Below, in pieces: positions 1 to 6,484 of a stretch of DNA of 12,893 nt. The position numbers were made by a program, and so were the translations under genes. The notes below the pieces were generated by a model. It worked only from the letters and a program-made list of their open reading frames with translations, made no database searches and had not been told where the DNA came from. Each line of letters opens with the position of its first letter. Positions within the stretch are counted from its first letter, which is position 1. The stretch is from a virus (lineage: Duplodnaviria; Heunggongvirae; Uroviricota; Caudoviricetes): IMG/VR virus record IMGVR_UViG_2617270988_000017. One strand, written 5' to 3'.

Positions 1-1461
1 ATGAAAAAATTACTGCATCTTTTTTTCCCGCTCTCGCTGCGGGTACGTTTTCTGTTAGCAACGGCAGCAGTAGTATTGGTGCTTTCGCTTGCCTACGGAA
101 TGGTTGCGCTGATCGGTTATAGCGTCAGTTTCGATAAAACCACGTTTCGGCTGTTACGTGGCGAGAGCAATCTGTTCTATACCCTTGCGAAGTGGGAAAA
201 CAATAAGTTGCATGTCGAGTTACCCGAAAATATCGACAAGCAAAGCCCCACCATGACGCTAATTTATGATGAGAACGGGCAGCTTTTATGGGCGCAACGT
301 GACGTGCCCTGGCTGATGAAGATGATCCAGCCTGACTGGCTGAAATCGAATGGTTTTCATGAAATTGAAGCGGATGTTAACGATACCAGCCTCTTGCTGA
401 GTGGAGATCATTCTATACAGCAACAGTTGCAGGAAGTGCGGGAAGATGATGACGACGCGGAGATGACCCACTCGGTGGCGGTAAACGTCTACCCGGCAAC
501 ATCGCGGATGCCAAAGTTAACCATTGTGGTGGTGGATACCATTCCGGTGGAGCTAAAAAGTTCCTATATGGTCTGGAGCTGGTTTATCTATGTGCTCTCA
601 GCCAATCTGCTGTTAGTGATCCCGCTGCTGTGGGTCGCCGCCTGGTGGAGTTTACGCCCCATCGAAGCCCTGGCAAAAGAAGTCCGCGAACTGGAAGAAC
701 ATAACCGCGAATTGCTCAATCCAGCCACAACGCGAGAACTGACCAGTCTGGTACGAAACCTGAACCGACTGTTAAAAAGTGAACGCGAACGTTACGACAA
801 ATATCGTACGACGCTCACCGACCTGACCCATAGTCTGAAAACGCCACTGGCGGTGCTGCAAAGTACGCTGCGTTCTCTGCGTAGTGAGAAGATGAGCGTC
901 AGTGATGCTGAGCCGGTAATGCTGGAGCAAATCAGCCGCATTTCACAGCAAATTGGCTACTACCTGCATCGTGCCAGTATGCGCGGCGGGACATTGCTTA
1001 GCCGCGAGCTGCATCCGGTCGCCCCACTGCTGGACAATCTCACCTCGGCGCTGAACAAAGTGTATCAACGCAAAGGGGTCAATATCTCTCTCGATATTTC
1101 GCCAGAGATCAGCTTTGTCGGTGAGCAGAACGATTTTGTCGAGGTGATGGGCAACGTGCTGGATAATGCCTGTAAATATTGCCTCGAGTTTGTCGAAATA
1201 TCTGCAAGGCAAACAGACGAGCATCTCTATATTGTGGTCGAGGATGATGGCCCCGGTATTCCCTTAAGCAAGCGAGAGGTCATTTTCGACCGTGGTCAAC
1301 GGGTTGATACTTTACGCCCTGGGCAAGGTGTAGGGCTGGCGGTAGCCCGCGAAATCACCGAGCAGTATGAGGGTAAAATCGTCGCCGGAGAGAGCATGCT
1401 GGGCGGTGCGCGGATGGAGGTGATTTTTGGTCGCCAGCATTCTGCGCCGAAAGATGAATAA
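1..1461 (+). CDS. phoQ: Sensor histidine kinase PhoQ of the PhoPQ two-component system, complete
   Basis: The 486-aa translation reads as E. coli PhoQ essentially end to end from memory (MKKLL...[15 protein letters not shown]; periplasmic acidic patch EDDDDAEM; H-box [12 protein letters not shown]; C-terminal [12 protein letters not shown]). ATG at 1, TAA at 1459-1461. Confidence 0.97.
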   Translation: MKKLLHLFFPLSLRVRFLLATAAVVLVLSLAYGMVALIGYSVSFDKTTFRLLRGESNLFYTLAKWENNKLHVELPENIDKQSPTMTLIYDENGQLLWAQRDVPWLMKMIQPDWLKSNGFHEIEADVNDTSLLLSGDHSIQQQLQEVREDDDDAEMTHSVAVNVYPATSRMPKLTIVVVDTIPVELKSSYMVWSWFIYVLSANLLLVIPLLWVAAWWSLRPIEALAKEVRELEEHNRELLNPATTRELTSLVRNLNRLLKSERERYDKYRTTLTDLTHSLKTPLAVLQSTLRSLRSEKMSVSDAEPVMLEQISRISQQIGYYLHRASMRGGTLLSRELHPVAPLLDNLTSALNKVYQRKGVNISLDISPEISFVGEQNDFVEVMGNVLDNACKYCLEFVEISARQTDEHLYIVVEDDGPGIPLSKREVIFDRGQRVDTLRPGQGVGLAVAREITEQYEGKIVAGESMLGGARMEVIFGRQHSAPKDE

Positions 1462-1971
1462 ATATGTCCTTTTATCACCACAGCAAGGCAACCAATTGAT
1501 TTAATTAAACAACTCACACTGCAAAAAGTGCTAAAAACAGCAAATTGACTACACCATTAACTACACCGTTCGGTGCACTGTATGAAACAACGTTGAACAA
1601 ATAGACACAAGAAATATACAGGCGGGTAATCTTTCCAGGGGGAAGCGCACCAATTCATGAGGGGCGTTAATGTCGATATGGGGATCCCCATAACGGGGCT
1701 ACCAGATTTTTTTTCCGGTTAACTGTTAATCAGGCTGGTGGGCTTTACCTGTTCGGTAGGTGTTATGATTATCGTAATACCTTTCCCCCAATGGGGTAAA
1801 AGCTCCAACCGTAACGATGTTCGTTATGGTTGCCTTGATGGTCTGAGTGGTCATTTTGACCATTCAGCCAATGACCTTAATCAGAATTTTTCGCTAAAAA
1901 ATGACGTTGGCCACGTCATCCGGAAAGCACAAAATCACGTCGATTTTTAATGAACGGTTAAACCGTCTTTT

Positions 1972-2008
1972 TGTCACGGTGTGTCACTGGTTGTCACTCT
2001 CCGTCACG
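1972..2008. repeat. Four GTCAC pentamers in perfect 10-bp phasing (putative protein-binding array)
   Basis: GTCAC occurs at 1973-1977, 1983-1987, 1993-1997 and 2003-2007, so all copies sit on one helical face. A palindrome ACGGTT-A-AACCGT lies just upstream at 1953-1965. Function is inferred. Confidence 0.4.
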
Positions 2009-2096
2009 ATTGAGGTGGTGGACATTCTGCCCGACCGCGCATTTTTGCGCTATCGGGAATATCAAACAGTTACCGCGCCGACTTCCTCAAATTGAG

Positions 2097-2237
2097 GTTT
2101 CCGAAAATATCAGCGGGTTAGCGATTAAGCTGACGAGTAATTAAACTGCGAAAATTTCGTAGTTTGTGACTATCTGAAAGATAGTCGGTTGTTCCGGCCT
2201 CAGCCGTTGGCTGTTTCCGAAAATATCAGTAGGTTAG
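2097..2237. repeat. Pair of about 25-bp direct repeats (GTTTCCGAAAATATCAG + GGTTAG) 116 bp apart, flanking an 8-bp-stem palindrome
   Basis: Copy 1 is at 2097-2121 and copy 2 at 2213-2237, with a 17-bp identical core. Between them, 2168-2186 is GACTATCT-gaa-AGATAGTC. Possible arm or recombination-accessory sites near the element's left end; function not established. Confidence 0.4.
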
Positions 2238-2238
2238 G

Positions 2239-2262
2239 CCAAAGCTCAAAAATGAGCTTTGG
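2239..2262 (-). terminator. Hairpin 16 nt downstream of the 93-aa ORF, possible terminator or RNA-stabilising stem
   Basis: Perfect 10-bp stem CCAAAGCTCA / TGAGCTTTGG with a 4-nt loop. There is no clean U-tract after the stem on the minus strand, so it is a weak terminator call. Confidence 0.35.
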
Positions 2263-2277
2263 AACAATATCAACAAG

Positions 2278-2559
2278 TTACCGCCGTAACCGCTCCGGCT
2301 TCTTCCAGTGGTACGTAATTTTCTCCGTTTCCCGATACAGTGCCACGCGGCGATTGTAGGCCAGCATTTCAAGAACGCGGATCCGTATGTTGCGCATATC
2401 CACATCATTAAGCTGGATACCATCACGGCGCATCACCTCAGCAACAACACGCGCATAATTTTCGGCTGTCACGCTGTCCGGCTGCGTGGCCTGTTCGTCA
2501 GTCTGCTGGCTGATTCCACCAGCACGGCGGATTAATCCCAGTATTTCGGCTTCTGTCAT
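2278..2559 (-). CDS. Hypothetical protein, 93 aa
   Basis: ORF with ATG at 2559-2557 and TAA at 2280-2278. It lies just outside cos-L and reads away from it. No family recognised by eye. Confidence 0.55.
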   Translation of the reverse strand: MTEAEILGLIRRAGGISQQTDEQATQPDSVTAENYARVVAEVMRRDGIQLNDVDMRNIRIRVLEMLAYNRRVALYRETEKITYHWKKPERLRR

Positions 2560-2592
2560 TGTGCACCCATCGTTCTGATTGTCTGGTGTCGT

Positions 2593-2705
2593 CGGGTCCT
2601 TCCTGGAATTATGGACCCGTTACGGGGCGGCGACCTCGCGGTTTTTATCTGTTTATGAAAATTTTCCGGCAAAAGTCAGATCCGTTCTTCTTCTCTGTAA
2701 CAGAC
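2593..2705 (+). other. Lambda-type cos site, left copy (cos-L): cosQ-like, cosN, lambda-like cosB
   Basis: 2593-2636 reads CGGGTCCTTCCTGGAATTATGGACCCGTTACG followed by GGGCGGCGACCT, then CGCGGTTTTTATCTGTTTATGAAAATTTTCCGG...CCGTTCTTCTTC. This closely matches the lambda right-end/left-end junction as I remember it (...CGGGTCCTTTCCGGTGATCCGACAGGTTACG | GGGCGGCGACCTCGCGGGTTTTCGCTATTTATGAAAATTTTCCGG...CCGTTCTTCTTCG). The cosN 12-mer is at 2625-2636. Its packaging direction points into the 3' end of terS. Confidence 0.75.
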
Positions 2706-2723
2706 TGTTTAACAATGAAAATA

Positions 2724-2797
2724 TTAAAAAAAGAAAGGATCTGACACGAGGCATTTTAGCCAGAAAATGCCATTATCAGATCCTTTCTCATTTTTGT
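2724..2797. terminator. Bidirectional Rho-independent terminator downstream of terS
   Basis: Compound hairpin with outer stem AAAGGATCTGA (2734-2744) / TCAGATCCTTT (2776-2786) and inner stem GGCATTTT (2750-2757) / AAAATGCC (2764-2771). An A7 run at 2726-2732 gives a U-tract on the minus strand, and TTTTT at 2791-2795 gives one on the plus strand. Confidence 0.7.
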
Positions 2798-2815
2798 TCA
2801 ATAATTGCGCGTCTG

Positions 2816-3358
2816 TTACTCGCCTTTCTTCTGTAGCAACTTTTCCGGTACGTTTCCGGTTGTTTCTTTCAAGTAATCAGTCAGTATCTGTGGGAGGTTG
2901 TCGGCAACTCTGGCACTGGCATTACAGGCTTTAACCACTTCCCTTTTAAGCCTATCCAGCATGGCGGGGGTAATCTGTGGGAAGCTCCTTTGCATAGTAA
3001 GCGGGAGGCTGTCCATGATTGATGAAATCTGACTCGCCAGCTTTGAAAGCGCGTACAGGCAAAACTCAGTATCAATCACGTCACCGCGATCGCGCTCGTT
3101 TTTAAGTTCCTGCGCCTCCGCCTGTGCTGTCAGTAATCTGATCCTGACTCGTAAGAGTTCATCATCATCAATATCGCCTTTGTCGTTTGTAAGCTGGCTA
3201 ATTGCATTGTTAACCCTATTGTCTATCACGCTGGCAACATCATAAAACGCCTCACGGCCTTTACGTTCAACGGGAGTCACTCCCCACTTGTCGAACGCTG
3301 TCGCACTTACACGGCAGCTTTTCGCCATGTTTTTTTTGTTCATCAGGTGCGATTTCAT
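2816..3358 (-). CDS. Terminase small subunit, lambda Nu1 family
   Basis: The 180-aa product aligns along its length with lambda Nu1 recalled from memory: N-terminal winged-HTH region (NKKNMAKSCRVSATAFDKW vs NKKQLADIFGASIRTIQNW) and C-terminal region (LTAQAEAQELKNERDRGDVIDTEFCLYALSKLASQISSIMDSLPLTMQRSFP vs LTRAQADAQELKNARDSAEVVETAFCTFVLSRIAGEIASILDGLPLSVQRRFP). ATG at 3358-3356. Confidence 0.9.
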   Translation of the reverse strand: MKSHLMNKKNMAKSCRVSATAFDKWGVTPVERKGREAFYDVASVIDNRVNNAISQLTNDKGDIDDDELLRVRIRLLTAQAEAQELKNERDRGDVIDTEFCLYALSKLASQISSIMDSLPLTMQRSFPQITPAMLDRLKREVVKACNASARVADNLPQILTDYLKETTGNVPEKLLQKKGE

Positions 3359-3360
3359 TA

Positions 3361-3534
3361 ATACACCAACTTAATTACTGCTTCAGGTTGGTGTATTGTT
3401 TGCATCTTTCCCTTTTTATTCATAAAGATAGATCAAACAACGAAACCACCACCACCCCCCTGAAAAGGCTCATAAATAGCGAAAAACCGCTAGGTCGCCG
3501 CCCCGTAACGGGCCATAATTCCAGGAAGGACCCG
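3361..3534 (-). other. Lambda-type cos site, right copy (cos-R): cosQ-like, cosN, divergent cosB, directly upstream of terS
   Basis: 3493-3534 is the near-perfect reverse complement of 2593-2635 (42 of 43 positions, one 1-nt indel), with the cosN 12-mer AGGTCGCCGCCC at 3492-3503. On the minus strand it continues CGGTTTTTCGCTATTTATGA (lambda-like), then diverges (CAGGGGGGTGGTGGTGG) and ends in the 10-bp inverted repeat ATACACCAAC (3361-3370) / GTTGGTGTAT (3387-3396) beside the terS ATG. The cosN-cosB-terS order and orientation match lambda. Confidence 0.75.
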
Positions 3535-3535
3535 T

Positions 3536-3558
3536 AAAAAAGCCGGATTTCTCCGGCC
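3536..3558 (-). terminator. Rho-independent terminator ending the capsid operon
   Basis: Minus-strand stem GCCGGA-gaaa-TCCGGC followed by T6 (plus-strand A-run 3536-3540), 6 nt after the stop of the 137-aa ORF. Confidence 0.75.
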
Positions 3559-3563
3559 TTGTC

Positions 3564-3977
3564 TCAGATGGTTTTCAGTATGCGATCGATGTCGCCGTCA
3601 TCGCCCTGGTTTCTGCCATCGTATGCCATGCCAGCTGATACGGCTTGCGGGCTGTGCATGTCCATAAAGTTTTCAAAGGCTGCGGTAAGTTCCGGCGCAA
3701 CCTTCGGACGTTCCTGCTCTATGGTCATGCTAAGGATGCTTTTAGCCGTACCAACATCGATACAAGGCACGTTTGCCATTGCACGCAACAGCGGCTGATA
3801 GTCTTTATGCTCATGAAGCGCCATAATCGCATCAGCGCGCGGCTTGTCCTGCTCTTCCAGTTTGTTTAGTTGATATACGGCCTCATAGGTTGATAAACCT
3901 CTGTCAGCCATTGCCCGCGCTTCGACTTTAAATTTACTCGCCAGCGGTAGCGTCATGATGCTTTCATTCGTTGCCAT
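3564..3977 (-). CDS. Hypothetical protein, 137 aa, last gene of capsid operon
   Basis: ATG at 3977-3975 is preceded by a strong SD (AGGGGGAA) and follows the decoration-gene stop with a short gap. No family recognised. Inferred to be capsid-associated from context only. Confidence 0.65.
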   Translation of the reverse strand: MATNESIMTLPLASKFKVEARAMADRGLSTYEAVYQLNKLEEQDKPRADAIMALHEHKDYQPLLRAMANVPCIDVGTAKSILSMTIEQERPKVAPELTAAFENFMDMHSPQAVSAGMAYDGRNQGDDGDIDRILKTI

Positions 3978-3989
3978 CGTTCCCCCTGC

Positions 3990-4325
3990 TTATCGGGCCA
4001 GCGGCTGAACGGATACGCCGGAACCCGCAAAGGCGGCGCATTTTTTCGCATCGGTGTCGACGCTCTCAGGCCAGTTAACGGCGGCAATATTGAATATCCC
4101 CGTCTTGTAACACTGTGCTGATTTCTGCTTTGACGTGCCCACAGGGTACGAGGTCAGATAAACAGCCTTGCCAGATTCCTGACCATCCCACGGCTTAAAC
4201 TCGCCATTGTCTGCCAGCATCAGCGGGGTAAATTCCTGAATAACGCCAGCATCAGCGGCAAAATGTACCAACGTCGTGGATACCTGCTGACTGCCTGCAA
4301 ATAACTCAATGTATGGAGTGTCCAT
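3990..4325 (-). CDS. Head decoration protein, lambda gpD family
   Basis: The 111-aa product matches lambda gpD from memory ([23 protein letters not shown] vs [59 protein letters not shown] vs [36 protein letters not shown]). SD GGGGGGA upstream of the ATG at 4325. Confidence 0.85.
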   Translation of the reverse strand: [111 protein letters not shown]

Positions 4326-4337
4326 AGAATCCCCCCG

Positions 4338-5393
4338 TTAACCAATTTTGACGGTAACAAATTTGCGAATATCTGCCGGTACCGGCTGCGGTGCACTGTG
4401 TGTCTGCACGTACTCAATCGCCGGATCGCCGTCCTCAATCCAGTTTTTCGGGTAAAACATGTTTTGTGTTGCGCCCGTTCTTACCGCTTCCTGATCCATT
4501 ATCGCACCATAGGCCACCAGCCCTTTATTGTTGGTGTTACCCAGGACCAGCAAATCAGGCTCAAGGAAATATTTTTCGGTACCATCGCTGTCAGTGTATT
4601 TGCCGGAATAGACGATAAGGGCCAGATCACCAAGATAGCCTTTAAAGCTCACCACTTCGCCCAGGTTTTTACAGGCCAGTTCGGCGGCGGATTCTGAACC
4701 ACGGGAAAGATCGTACAGCTCACGGAATTTTTTAAAGCTGCCTAATGTGCGCCATACCTCAGCGCCCATAATCATGACGTTTGCGGGGCAACCAGCCTGA
4801 TCAGCATAAAGCTCGATGTCATAGATTGGGTCGTGCATGTCTTTATCCTGCTCGGACCATTTTTTACCCTTGGCCTGCTCTATGATGCAGTTTTCCGGTA
4901 TTTTCCAGTCGATTTCATAGCGTTCTATGCCTTCGCCCTCAATGATGTTTTTTCCGGTCGTTACCGCATTCACCGCCAGCCATTCCACGCGTGCCTTAAT
5001 GGCGTTTATCTGGCGGCGCATGTTGCCAGTAATCAGGCGCATACGGCGATAGGTAGGGTCGTTAAGCTGTGCCGGATCTTCTCCAGCCATGCGCATGATG
5101 GTTTTCGTTGGATCGATTTCGTGCTTTGGCTTCATGTAGCCAGGTTTGATTGTGCTGGTTTCGTACCCTTTATCGCGCTGAACCTGGCTACCCACCATAG
5201 GCGAACAAAACGCCGACATGGTGACTTCTTCAATGTCCAGGGTATCCAGCATGATGTTTTGCGTGCTGAATGTCGCCACGTTCGGGAAAAACAGCGTGGT
5301 AAACAGAGGGCTGAATTTAAAATCCGCAATATCCCCGCGATTCAGGTACATGAAAAGCTGGTTAGTGTTAAGTGCCGTTGCTTTGCCTGCCAT
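4338..5393 (-). CDS. Major capsid protein, lambda gpE family (HK97 fold)
   Basis: The 351-aa product aligns with lambda gpE over its full length by eye, at moderate identity (for example KPGYMKPKHEIDP vs TPGYVKPKHEVNP; DPTYRRMRLITGNMR vs DPAYRRRRIIMQNMR; LVLGNTNNKGLVAYGAI vs MVLGNTQARGLRTYGCI; YPKNWIEDGDPA vs YPKNWVTTGDPA). SD GGGGGTGA. The E-then-D gene order is the reverse of lambda. Confidence 0.92.
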   Translation of the reverse strand: MAGKATALNTNQLFMYLNRGDIADFKFSPLFTTLFFPNVATFSTQNIMLDTLDIEEVTMSAFCSPMVGSQVQRDKGYETSTIKPGYMKPKHEIDPTKTIMRMAGEDPAQLNDPTYRRMRLITGNMRRQINAIKARVEWLAVNAVTTGKNIIEGEGIERYEIDWKIPENCIIEQAKGKKWSEQDKDMHDPIYDIELYADQAGCPANVMIMGAEVWRTLGSFKKFRELYDLSRGSESAAELACKNLGEVVSFKGYLGDLALIVYSGKYTDSDGTEKYFLEPDLLVLGNTNNKGLVAYGAIMDQEAVRTGATQNMFYPKNWIEDGDPAIEYVQTHSAPQPVPADIRKFVTVKIG

Positions 5394-5599
5394 TATTCAC
5401 CCCCATAATTTTTATGCATCCCAAGCGCCGCAAGTAAATAAGAGCGTACAAGTGAACCTATCGACGGCTCCGGCGTCATCAGCGGATCCAGTCCAGCCGC
5501 AACGCCAGCTTCATAGTTTTTTTTGTGGCGCTGCTTGAGCACCTCCACGATTTCGGGGCTTATGTACACCGAAACACCGCCTTTTTTCTCTTCAGCCAT
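5393..5599 (-). CDS. Hypothetical protein, 68 aa, first gene of capsid operon
   Basis: In-frame ATG at 5599 (MAEEKKGG...) preceded by GAGG. Its stop overlaps the capsid-gene start (TAATG), implying translational coupling. The track's longer start at 5632 has no SD. Confidence 0.5.
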   Translation of the reverse strand: MAEEKKGGVSVYISPEIVEVLKQRHKKNYEAGVAAGLDPLMTPEPSIGSLVRSYLLAALGMHKNYGGE

Positions 5600-5649
5600 A
5601 GTAAGAAATTCCTCTTCGACTAAAAAAATCATAACTGGATGTTTATCCA

Positions 5650-5684
5650 GTCCTGATTATAATCAGAATTGCATTTTATGCAAT
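5650..5684 (-). promoter_or_regulatory. Candidate sigma70 promoter for the capsid operon, embedded in two palindromes
   Basis: Minus strand reads TTGCAT (5683-5678), a 16-nt spacer, then TATAAT (5661-5656). The -10 lies inside the perfect 14-bp palindrome CTGATTATAATCAG (5653-5666) and the -35 inside TTGCAT-ttt-ATGCAA (5669-5683). The first ORF starts about 55 nt downstream. Confidence 0.5.
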
Positions 5685-5764
5685 GATATTGAGTTATGTT
5701 GCAAATTATGAAATGATTATCCCGATCACGAACGCCAGTGCATCCAAAAACCTCATATGCAAAA

Positions 5765-5802
5765 GCCCGATAAGAACCCTCTGACCTTATCGGGCTTTTT
5801 TT
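5765..5802 (+). terminator. Rho-independent terminator, plus-strand orientation, probably bidirectional
   Basis: Stem GCCCGATAAG (5765-5774) / CTTATCGGGC (5786-5795) with a 11-nt loop, followed by T7 (5796-5802). There are four U on the minus-strand side. Confidence 0.6.
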
Positions 5803-5808
5803 GGGCGC

Positions 5809-5830
5809 AAAAAAGCCGGATTGCTCCGGC
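5809..5830 (-). terminator. Rho-independent terminator downstream of the 74-aa cassette ORF
   Basis: Minus-strand GCCGGA-gcaa-TCCGGC followed by T6. Same stem sequence as the terminators at 3536-3558 and 6172-6194. Confidence 0.7.
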
Positions 5831-5850
5831 TATGTGTGCTGTGTGCTGGC

Positions 5851-6075
5851 TCAGTCTCTGATCTCTTTCAGAAATTCTATCAATGCATCTATCTGTTCAG
5901 GATTTACCGCCAGCATTTCACCGGATAGAGCACATCTCACAAAACCATGCTGATCCTTTTCAATCAGTGCGCCCGTCTCCAGGAATGCGCGGTAATCATT
6001 GATGCTCATCGTCTCCATGTTGTCAGCATGGTATTTATCACGCTGTTTTAATATCTCATCAAATTTCATCGGCAT
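5851..6075 (-). CDS. Hypothetical protein, 74 aa, terminator-insulated single-gene cassette (moron-like)
   Basis: ATG at 6075 with SD AGAGGAA about 10 nt upstream. Intrinsic terminators lie both upstream (6172-6194) and downstream (5809-5830, 5765-5802). No family recognised. Confidence 0.6.
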   Translation of the reverse strand: MPMKFDEILKQRDKYHADNMETMSINDYRAFLETGALIEKDQHGFVRCALSGEMLAVNPEQIDALIEFLKEIRD

Positions 6076-6171
6076 TGTTTTTTTCCTCTGTTGTGTCTGT
6101 TTGTTTCAGATAGTAACTATGCCTGACCGTGACGAAAACCCGGTAATGCGCCATACCGTTTCAACTGGTGC

Positions 6172-6194
6172 AAAAAAAGCCGGATTTCTCCGGC
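6172..6194 (-). terminator. Rho-independent terminator ending the replication/regulatory operon
   Basis: Minus-strand GCCGGA-gaaa-TCCGGC followed by T7 (plus-strand A-run 6172-6178), 8 nt after the perC-like stop. Confidence 0.75.
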
Positions 6195-6201
6195 TGTTTG
6201 A

Positions 6202-6474
6202 TTAGCTGTCCTGGTAATTGCGCCATATTTCATCACCAGCACCATCTATACCCATTTCGGCATAAGTGCGATCGACTGCCTTTTTCAGGTCTCCGAAATT
6301 ATCCGGCGGCTCCGGTGCCCTCTGTGCCTTCCTTGAACATTCCAGCCGTCGCATCGTGATGTGATGCCGTTCCTTGTCTGTCTCCACCAGCTGCATGACT
6401 TCACCCCATCGCGCCGCCGCCCTCCGGTAAAAGCCTTTCGCCTCCAGTTCCTCCGCTATGCGGTCATGTACCAT
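6202..6474 (-). CDS. PerC-family transcriptional activator-like protein, 90 aa
   Basis: Start MVHDRIAEELEAKGFYRRAAARWGEVM carries the PerC/Pch-type N-terminal motif as I recall it. ATG at 6474 has a strong SD (GAGGGGGTGA). The track's longer version overlaps ssb and is rejected. Confidence 0.65.
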   Translation of the reverse strand: MVHDRIAEELEAKGFYRRAAARWGEVMQLVETDKERHHITMRRLECSRKAQRAPEPPDNFGDLKKAVDRTYAEMGIDGAGDEIWRNYQDS

Positions 6475-6484
6475 CGTCACCCCC

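Noticed and set aside
286-1517. Minus-strand ORFs inside phoQ (286..471, 943..1224, 1296..1517)
   Set aside because: Antisense to the full-length phoQ coding sequence.
1738-2095. Plus-strand ORFs 1738..1950 and 1901..2095 in the left junction
   Set aside because: The first starts at GTG with no SD, and neither has a protein-like composition. The region is better explained by the repeat and palindrome structure.
2559-2836. Plus-strand ORFs 2559..2744 and 2579..2836
   Set aside because: They lie over the cos-L site and the terS terminator; the sequence there is accounted for by those signals.
3559-3869. Plus-strand ORFs 3559..3798 and 3645..3869
   Set aside because: Antisense shadows of the 137-aa capsid-operon gene.
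2816-5393. Possibility that the capsid and terS genes are simply a fragment of a lambdoid prophage
   Set aside because: The gene order is E then D (the reverse of lambda), with unrelated small ORFs interleaved. There is no A, W, B, C or Nu3, and the block is bounded by the element's own promoter and terminators, so it looks like a dedicated satellite module, not a prophage remnant.
4391-5538. Plus-strand ORFs antisense to the major capsid gene (4391..4618, 4398..4697, 4833..5408, 5218..5538)
   Set aside because: They are entirely embedded in the strongly supported gpE-like gene on the other strand, with no RBS or recognisable domains.
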